DNA from: Eubacteriales bacterium
Lineage (GTDB): Bacteria; Bacillota; Clostridia; Oscillospirales; SIG627
Direction of reading: 5' to 3'
Assembly (NCBI GenBank): GCA_045657125.1
Contig: JAZOSM010000002.1
Location: forward strand, 1-43,319
DNA: 43,319 nucleotides
The position numbers were made by a program, and so were the translations under genes. Below the pieces are notes generated by a model. The model did not search any database and was not told where the DNA came from. It saw only the letters and a program-made list of their open reading frames with translations. Every line of letters begins with the position of its first letter. The stretch's first letter is position 1. This document shows, one piece after another, positions 37,398 through 43,319 of this stretch.

Positions 37398-38507
37398 TTA
37401 TTGATCTACAAAAACTTTTTTCAGTGCTTCCAAATAGCCGTAGCCGTAAAGATCATCGGGCTGAAGATAACTTCCCTCGGTCCATTCGTTCCAGGAATTT
37501 ACGGTAATCAGCGGGGCGGGAAGATCGTGAGAATCCACGTATTCCTTTGCTGTGCGGAAAGCGGTTTCCAAATTTTCGGGGGTGTTGTTGGTGATGATCT
37601 TGGGCATAAACATCCGATAGCGGGGATTGGTGTCCCAACCGCAGGAAACGTGAGGGAAATAGGGGATGGAATAATCCTCGTCGATCTTTTTCCACGCCGC
37701 CTTTTCGTTTTCAAGCTGATCGAGAAAATCTCCGCCGTAGCTTACAAGCTGACCTGTCTGATAGTTTGTGATGCTGTCAGCACCAAGGCGTTCGGAAAGC
37801 TGCTTGTATGTACATTCCTCTCCCACGCGTTGGGGATTGCAATCACGGTCACCGCGAACGCAGAACTGCAAATGCACGTCGGGAAATCCTGCCGCCTTTA
37901 CTTTTTCCCGAAGGTAATCCATTGCTTTTCTCGTGTTTTCAATACCGCCGAAGCCGACCACGAGATTTTCTATATCGTAGATCAATAAAACGGGCTTGGA
38001 GTCAATGGTGTAGTAATTATCCAGATGGAAATATTTTTCAATCCAGCGGTCTACGATTGCCGCGAAATCCTTCATATCCACAAAGCCGTTCCAGATAATG
38101 GTCTTTCCTTCCTCCGTTCCCGCAAGTCTGCGATCCCAAAGGTGGTTGACGTTGTGGTTTGCCCACATCAGGAAGAATTTCATCTTCTTGTTATTTTTCG
38201 CCTTTAAAAAGCCGTCGTTCAGACAGTTTTCCAGGAAAGGACGACCGTCATACCAATACCAATCGTAAATAAATACGTTTACGCCGTGGCGGGTAGCCTC
38301 CTCAATCTGCATCTCCATAACGGCATCGTTTGCCTCGTTGCAGTAGCCCCAAAGGGGTTTTCTCGGCCAGGCGTGTCCCTCAAACTTGGGCTTTGCAGCA
38401 AGAACCGTTTCCCATTCGCCGATCCCATCGGGCCAAAAAATGCGGGTGCGTAGTTCGTCCCCCGTGTAAGAGGGCCAGATATAAGCGGCAACGTCGTACT
38501 TTTTCAT
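37398..38507 (-). CDS. GH99-like / WbsX family protein
   Basis: AAYIWP, KPLWGY, FIYDWYWY, LMWANH, GWDTNPR, NSWNEWTEGSYLQPD. Confidence 0.85.
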   Translation of the reverse strand: MKKYDVAAYIWPSYTGDELRTRIFWPDGIGEWETVLAAKPKFEGHAWPRKPLWGYCNEANDAVMEMQIEEATRHGVNVFIYDWYWYDGRPFLENCLNDGFLKAKNNKKMKFFLMWANHNVNHLWDRRLAGTEEGKTIIWNGFVDMKDFAAIVDRWIEKYFHLDNYYTIDSKPVLLIYDIENLVVGFGGIENTRKAMDYLREKVKAAGFPDVHLQFCVRGDRDCNPQRVGEECTYKQLSERLGADSITNYQTGQLVSYGGDFLDQLENEKAAWKKIDEDYSIPYFPHVSCGWDTNPRYRMFMPKIITNNTPENLETAFRTAKEYVDSHDLPAPLITVNSWNEWTEGSYLQPDDLYGYGYLEALKKVFVDQ

Positions 38508-39400
38508 TGCAAACTACCGCCTTCCATTTCAAAATCCATTTGATAAATGTACCCGGAAGCATTGCTGTAAAGGCATTTTCCTTGGTAGAATTCCATCCAT
38601 TCGGGTTCAATGGGGAGACCTGCATCGCACAAATCAAAATAGGCAATCTGACTTTTTTTGGCAAGGTCGATGATGCGAATGGCGGAACGGGATTTTTCGT
38701 TTTCTCCAAAGCCTTCGGTGGAGTAGATCATCCCTTTATAACAGGCGCCTCCCTGAATGAATTTGTGGTAAGGCGTGTCAAATTGATCCCGGATTTGTTC
38801 TTTCTTTAAAACCACGCGGGAGATACCGTCATCATTTTTTACACCGTCCTTGAGGGAGGGGAAAGCAAAGGCAAAATATCGGGTCAAACAGTCCTTATCC
38901 CGCATAACATAGGCGTAGAGCAAATTCTTATCCAAATCTGCCAAAAAGTTTCCGTAGGGACGAACGTCTTTTTCTTCTTCGTCTGCGGCATAGGAGCACC
39001 AAAGCAGGTCCGTGGTAAAACCGATTTCGATGATTTGAACCAGCGTCGTGGAAAATTCACCGTTTTTGCGGAACAGCCTGTACACGCAAAGCTGTCCGAC
39101 CTTCCGATCATTCTCCTTGGAGTAATTGTTGTATACGTTTGCATACAGGAGAGGGAATTCGTCTGCCTCGTCATATTTTTCGTTTCCGAAAAAAACGGTA
39201 TTGCAGTGGGGGCAAATAAGATCGGTCTTGTCCAGTGCAAATTCCGTATAGGGCAAAATTTCCTCGGGATCGGCAGGGTTGAAAACGTCCTGTGCAGAAT
39301 AGGCGAACCCGATTCCTTTTGCGTTAAATCGAAAAAATGTGTCTCCGAAAGCAGCGCCGTCCTGACCGCTTCGTATTTTGGAAAGCTGCTCGTATTTCAT
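38504..39400 (-). CDS. Hypothetical protein (possible beta-propeller)
   Basis: RBS AGGAG; overlaps downstream gene start; GQDGA / IQGGA / EPEW motifs. Confidence 0.6.
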   Translation of the reverse strand: MKYEQLSKIRSGQDGAAFGDTFFRFNAKGIGFAYSAQDVFNPADPEEILPYTEFALDKTDLICPHCNTVFFGNEKYDEADEFPLLYANVYNNYSKENDRKVGQLCVYRLFRKNGEFSTTLVQIIEIGFTTDLLWCSYAADEEEKDVRPYGNFLADLDKNLLYAYVMRDKDCLTRYFAFAFPSLKDGVKNDDGISRVVLKKEQIRDQFDTPYHKFIQGGACYKGMIYSTEGFGENEKSRSAIRIIDLAKKSQIAYFDLCDAGLPIEPEWMEFYQGKCLYSNASGYIYQMDFEMEGGSLQ

Positions 39401-39548
39401 CAAAGTATCTCCTTTGCTTCGCTTTTTTTCATATTAACATAGATTTTCGGTTTTCGCAAGAAAAAAAGAAAAAGCTTCGTGTGTTTTTTCGTAAGGAAAA
39501 ATGGTGAAAAAAAGATGGAATTTTATCAATTCTTTGTCGAAAATACCA

Positions 39549-39577
39549 TTGACTGCAAGAGACGTGAGGTGTATAAT
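39549..39577 (+). promoter_or_regulatory. sigmaA promoter
   Basis: TTGACT-17 bp-TATAAT. Confidence 0.65.
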
Positions 39578-39615
39578 ATCTCAGTTTCGAAAAATAAAGA
39601 AAAGAAGGCGTTTTT

Positions 39616-40923
39616 ATGAATACGTTACTTACTGTTTCCGTAGCACTTTTAGCAGGTCTTTTGATGACCCGTCTGTTTAAAAAGTTCAAACTTCCCGCAG
39701 TTACCGCATATCTGATCGCAGGCGTTTTGATCGGACCGTACTGCCTGGGACTTTTGGGCATTGACGGCTTGGGATTTGCTTCTCACGAGGTCGTTGCAGG
39801 TCTCGGATTGGTTTCCGAGGTGGCGCTCGGCTTTATCGCTTTTGCCATCGGAAACGAATTTCGCTTGGAGGAACTGAAAAAGACCGGTAAGCAGGCACTT
39901 GTAATCGGTGTGCTGCAAGCGGTCGTTGCAATGCTTCTTGTGGATTTTTCTTTGATCGGTGTGCATTATTTGATGCCCGATAAGCTCAGCATGGCGCAAG
40001 CGTTGACCTTGGGTGCAATTGCCACTGCCACGGCTCCTGCCGCAACCTTGATGGTTGTCCGTCAGTATAAGGCAAAAGGTCCTTTGACCAAGCTTCTTCT
40101 CCCCATTGTTGCTTTGGACGATGCGGTTGGCTTGATTGCCTTTGCCGTTTCCTTTGGTATTGCAAAGACACTGGTCAGCGGAGATTTGGATCTGATTTCC
40201 ATTTTTGTAAATCCCTTGATCGAGATTGCCGCATCTTTGATTCTCGGTGCGGTAATGGGATGGATCTTGACCCATCTTGAAAAACTGTTTAACTCCAATA
40301 CCAACCGTCTGAATCTGACGATCGCAGTGGTATTTCTTACCACATCTCTGTCGGGACTTCATTTTGAAATCGGACCCGTTGCGGTGCATTTTTCTTCCTT
40401 GCTCGTATGTATGATGCTGGGAACCGTGTTCTGCAACATTTGTCCTCTTTCTCATGATTTGATGGATCGCTCTGATAAGTGGACCTCTCCTTTGTTTGCT
40501 TTGTTCTTCGTAATCAGCGGTGCAGAGCTTGAGCTTGATGTATTTACCGATTTTTCCATCATCCTGATCGGTATAGTTTACATTCTTTTCCGCAGTGCGG
40601 GCAAGTATTTTGGCGCCATGGCAAGTGCGAAAATGACCAAATGCTCTCCCTCTATTTGCAAGTATCTCGGAATTACGCTTCTCCCCCAGGCCGGCGTTGC
40701 TCTCGGTATGTGTACCACCGCGATGCAGCTTGGAGAACAGGGAAATCTGATCCGCAATATCACCTTGTTTGCCGTATTGATCTATGAATTGTTCGGACCT
40801 GTCTTCACCCGTATGGCACTTCAGGCAGCAGGCGAAATCGAACCTATGTCCGATGAAGTGAAGAACCGTCGTCACCATAAACTCAATCAGTTGGAAGAAT
40901 CCAAAAACGCGGAAAGCAAATAA
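39616..40923 (+). CDS. Cation:proton antiporter (CPA2 family)
   Basis: LPAVTAYLIAGVLIGP, ATAPAAT, VALDDAVG, LLPQAGVA; about 12 TM segments. Confidence 0.9.
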   Translation: MNTLLTVSVALLAGLLMTRLFKKFKLPAVTAYLIAGVLIGPYCLGLLGIDGLGFASHEVVAGLGLVSEVALGFIAFAIGNEFRLEELKKTGKQALVIGVLQAVVAMLLVDFSLIGVHYLMPDKLSMAQALTLGAIATATAPAATLMVVRQYKAKGPLTKLLLPIVALDDAVGLIAFAVSFGIAKTLVSGDLDLISIFVNPLIEIAASLILGAVMGWILTHLEKLFNSNTNRLNLTIAVVFLTTSLSGLHFEIGPVAVHFSSLLVCMMLGTVFCNICPLSHDLMDRSDKWTSPLFALFFVISGAELELDVFTDFSIILIGIVYILFRSAGKYFGAMASAKMTKCSPSICKYLGITLLPQAGVALGMCTTAMQLGEQGNLIRNITLFAVLIYELFGPVFTRMALQAAGEIEPMSDEVKNRRHHKLNQLEESKNAESK

Positions 40924-40933
40924 GAGGTTTATT

Positions 40934-42211
40934 ATGGAAAAATTCTATTTGATGCCTAAATTTTTCAGTATTCTGAAAACCTATCGGAAAGATCAGTTCG
41001 TCAAAGATCTCATTGCAGGTGTGATTGTTGCCATTATTGCGCTTCCTCTCTCCATTGCTTTGGCTCTTGCTAGCGGAGTATCTCCTGCAGCAGGTATTTA
41101 TACGGCAATTACCGCAGGCTTTGTAGTTTCTTTGCTTGGCGGCAGCCGCGTACAGATCGCAGGACCTACTGCGGCATTTGCTACCATCGTGGCAGGAATC
41201 GTCAACCGTGAGGGTATGAGTGGCCTGATCCTTGCAACCCTGATGGCAGGCTTGATTCTGATCATCATGGGCGTTTGCAAAGCAGGTGGCTTGATCCGTT
41301 TCGTTCCCAAAACCATCACCGTTGGCTTTACCGCAGGTATCGCGGTTACCATTCTCTTGGGACAGATCAAAGATTTCTTTGGTTTGCAGTATGCCGACGG
41401 AACCAAAGCGGTGGAAACCGTAGAAAAGATTGAGGCAAATATTGCTTCGATCTCCACGTTTTCCTGGCAGGCGCTTTTGGTGGGAGCCGTATCTCTTTTG
41501 ATTTTGATTATCTACCCCAAGTTTGAGAAAAAAATTCCTCCGTCTTTGATCGCCGTTGTGGTCGGCGCTTTGCTCGTGAAACTGATTCCCGCTTTGGACG
41601 AGGGTGTTTTTACCATCGGTGAGCTTTATGAGATTCCCAAGGGCCTCCCCAAATTCGTTTTGGGCTCCGTGGATTTCAGCGTATCCAAAATGCTTTCTCT
41701 TTTGCCCGATGCCGTAACCATTGCGGTCCTTGCGGCAATCGAGTCTCTGCTTTCCTGCGTTGTGGCAGATTCCATGGTGGATTCCAAGCACAACCCCAAT
41801 GCTGAGCTTGTAGCGCAGGGCGCAGGTAATATGCTCTCCGTTATGTTCGGCGGTATTCCCGCAACGGGTGCCATTGCCCGTACTGCGGCAAATGCGAAAA
41901 ACGGAGGAAGAACCCCCGTTGCAGGTATGGTACACGCCATTGTTTTGCTTCTCGTATTGGTATTCTTGATGCCTCTGGCAAAACTGATTCCCATGCCCAC
42001 CATCGCGGCAATTCTGTTCATCGTAGCTTACAATATGAGCGAATGGCGCAAGTTCCTTTCTCTTTTGAAAACCGAAAAGGTAACGGGCATCATCATTCTC
42101 GTGCTTACCTTTGTTTTGACGGTAGCAAAGGATTTGGTAGTTGCCATTGCCGTAGGACTTGTTCTGCACTTCATCTTCTATCTTGTAAGAAAGTTTTCCA
42201 AGAAGAATTGA
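40934..42211 (+). CDS. SulP/SLC26 family anion transporter lacking STAS domain
   Basis: DLIAGVIVAIIALPLSIA, QIAGPTAA, ESLLS, GAIART; ends right after last TM helix. Confidence 0.9.
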   Translation: MEKFYLMPKFFSILKTYRKDQFVKDLIAGVIVAIIALPLSIALALASGVSPAAGIYTAITAGFVVSLLGGSRVQIAGPTAAFATIVAGIVNREGMSGLILATLMAGLILIIMGVCKAGGLIRFVPKTITVGFTAGIAVTILLGQIKDFFGLQYADGTKAVETVEKIEANIASISTFSWQALLVGAVSLLILIIYPKFEKKIPPSLIAVVVGALLVKLIPALDEGVFTIGELYEIPKGLPKFVLGSVDFSVSKMLSLLPDAVTIAVLAAIESLLSCVVADSMVDSKHNPNAELVAQGAGNMLSVMFGGIPATGAIARTAANAKNGGRTPVAGMVHAIVLLLVLVFLMPLAKLIPMPTIAAILFIVAYNMSEWRKFLSLLKTEKVTGIIILVLTFVLTVAKDLVVAIAVGLVLHFIFYLVRKFSKKN

Positions 42212-42218
42212 CGCATCC

Positions 42219-42252
42219 AACTCCCGAATTTTTGATTCGGGAGTTTCTTTTT
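42219..42252 (+). terminator. Intrinsic terminator
   Basis: AACTCCCGAAT-TTTTG-ATTCGGGAGTT followed by T-tract. Confidence 0.75.
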
Positions 42253-42322
42253 AAAAAAACGATTGACGAACGTTTGATTACAAGGTAAAATGGTTTATAT
42301 TGAATTGCTTGCGGGAGGTCTT

Positions 42323-43319
42323 ATGCAAAAAGCGGAAAAATTACTTGTAAACGGAAAATTTCTTACCATGGAGGAGGAAGGTGCACAGGCATCTGCTCTT
42401 GCTATAGCAAATGGACGTATTTTGTTCGTGGGCACGGAGAAAGAAGCGCGTCGTTACGCCGATGAAGATACCGAGATCATTGATCTCGGCGGCAGACTTG
42501 CTACCCCCGGCTTCATCGACTGCCATACCCATCCGATGGGTTCGTACACGGTTCGCTTTGTTCAGTTGGATTTGCGCGGAGAAAAAACGTCTTCGCTGGA
42601 AAAGCTTCTTGCTTACCTTGGAGAAAAAGCAAAAACGACTCCCGAGGGAGAATGGATTATTGGCCGCGGCTATGACGAAAGCAAATTTTCCGAGGGCGAG
42701 ATTTTGCTTACTGCGAAAATGCTCGATCAGGTTACCGACCGCCATCCCGTTTGTCTGACCCGAACCTGCGGTCACATCGGTGTTGTCAACACGTTGGCGC
42801 TGAATTTGGCAGGTCTTACGGATGAATCCCCCGACCCCGTTACGGGCGGGCATTTGTTCCGCGATGAGAATGGTCATCTGACAGGAATGCTTTCGGGGTC
42901 TGCTTTGGGAAAAATTCCTACTCCCCCCATTAAGCTTTCTCAGAAAAAAGATGCGATGATTTCAGGAGTTCAGGCAGAGTATTTCAGCAAGGGCGTTACG
43001 GCTACGGGTGAGATGGGCTCGGTAACTGCCAGCTTCCGTGCTCTGCAGAATTTGGAAAAAGAGGGCAGACTCAAGCTTCGCGTCGGTTACTACTGTGTCG
43101 GCAGACGCAGCGGAAAAGCACAGCCCATGGCACAAAGAATGATGGATATGGGACTGACCACGGGATTCGGTACCGAACACGTTCGTTTTATGGGCATTAA
43201 GTTCGTTATGGACGGCTCTACGGGCGGACATACCGCCGCATTTTCTCAGCCCTATTTGGGAGAGGACAATTGCGGTGAGCTTTACTTTGATCCCGATATT
43301 CTTCGCGAGGATCTTTTGA
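42323..43319 (+). CDS. Amidohydrolase (YtcJ-like), partial, runs off window end
   Basis: Not in ORF track. RBS GGAGG; MQKAEKLLVNGKFLT...DLGGRLATPGFIDCHTH...IKFVMDGS; promoter TTGACG-17-TAAAAT at 42263-42291. Confidence 0.9.
   Translation, partial: MQKAEKLLVNGKFLTMEEEGAQASALAIANGRILFVGTEKEARRYADEDTEIIDLGGRLATPGFIDCHTHPMGSYTVRFVQLDLRGEKTSSLEKLLAYLGEKAKTTPEGEWIIGRGYDESKFSEGEILLTAKMLDQVTDRHPVCLTRTCGHIGVVNTLALNLAGLTDESPDPVTGGHLFRDENGHLTGMLSGSALGKIPTPPIKLSQKKDAMISGVQAEYFSKGVTATGEMGSVTASFRALQNLEKEGRLKLRVGYYCVGRRSGKAQPMAQRMMDMGLTTGFGTEHVRFMGIKFVMDGSTGGHTAAFSQPYLGEDNCGELYFDPDILREDLL

Overview
About 43 kb of chromosome from a Clostridia-like firmicute, inferred from a T-box thrS, glyQS, mecA, pdaA-type deacetylases and sigmaA promoters. 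Most of it is housekeeping and carbohydrate/metallohydrolase genes: thrS with T-box, tRNA-Gln(UUG), recG, family-4 UDG, mecA, glyQS, GH13, GH28, GH99-like, four PHP-domain proteins, an ABC-DUF1854-ABC operon, a CPA2 antiporter and a SulP transporter. The most unusual feature is non-coding: three copies (14-198, 1067-1274, 11443-11627) of a ~190-210 bp 'hairpin-ladder' element. Each has 7-9 short hairpins of unrelated sequence separated by constant 8-nt linkers. The linkers run forward in the left half and reverse-complemented in the right half, and they co-vary between copies (TATATCAT/ATGATATA vs TATGTAAT/ATTACATA). The predicted fold is a stack of four-way junctions. Loops are mostly GNA/GNNA on the top strand at left and on the bottom strand at right. 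Every copy begins at a T-tract, which for copies B and C is the tail of an intrinsic terminator, one of them directly behind a tRNA. One copy supplies the -35 box for an adjacent truncated four-helix-bundle (23S rRNA IVP/Avd-like) gene. This element plus gene is the best candidate for an undescribed system. Novelty could not be checked without databases.
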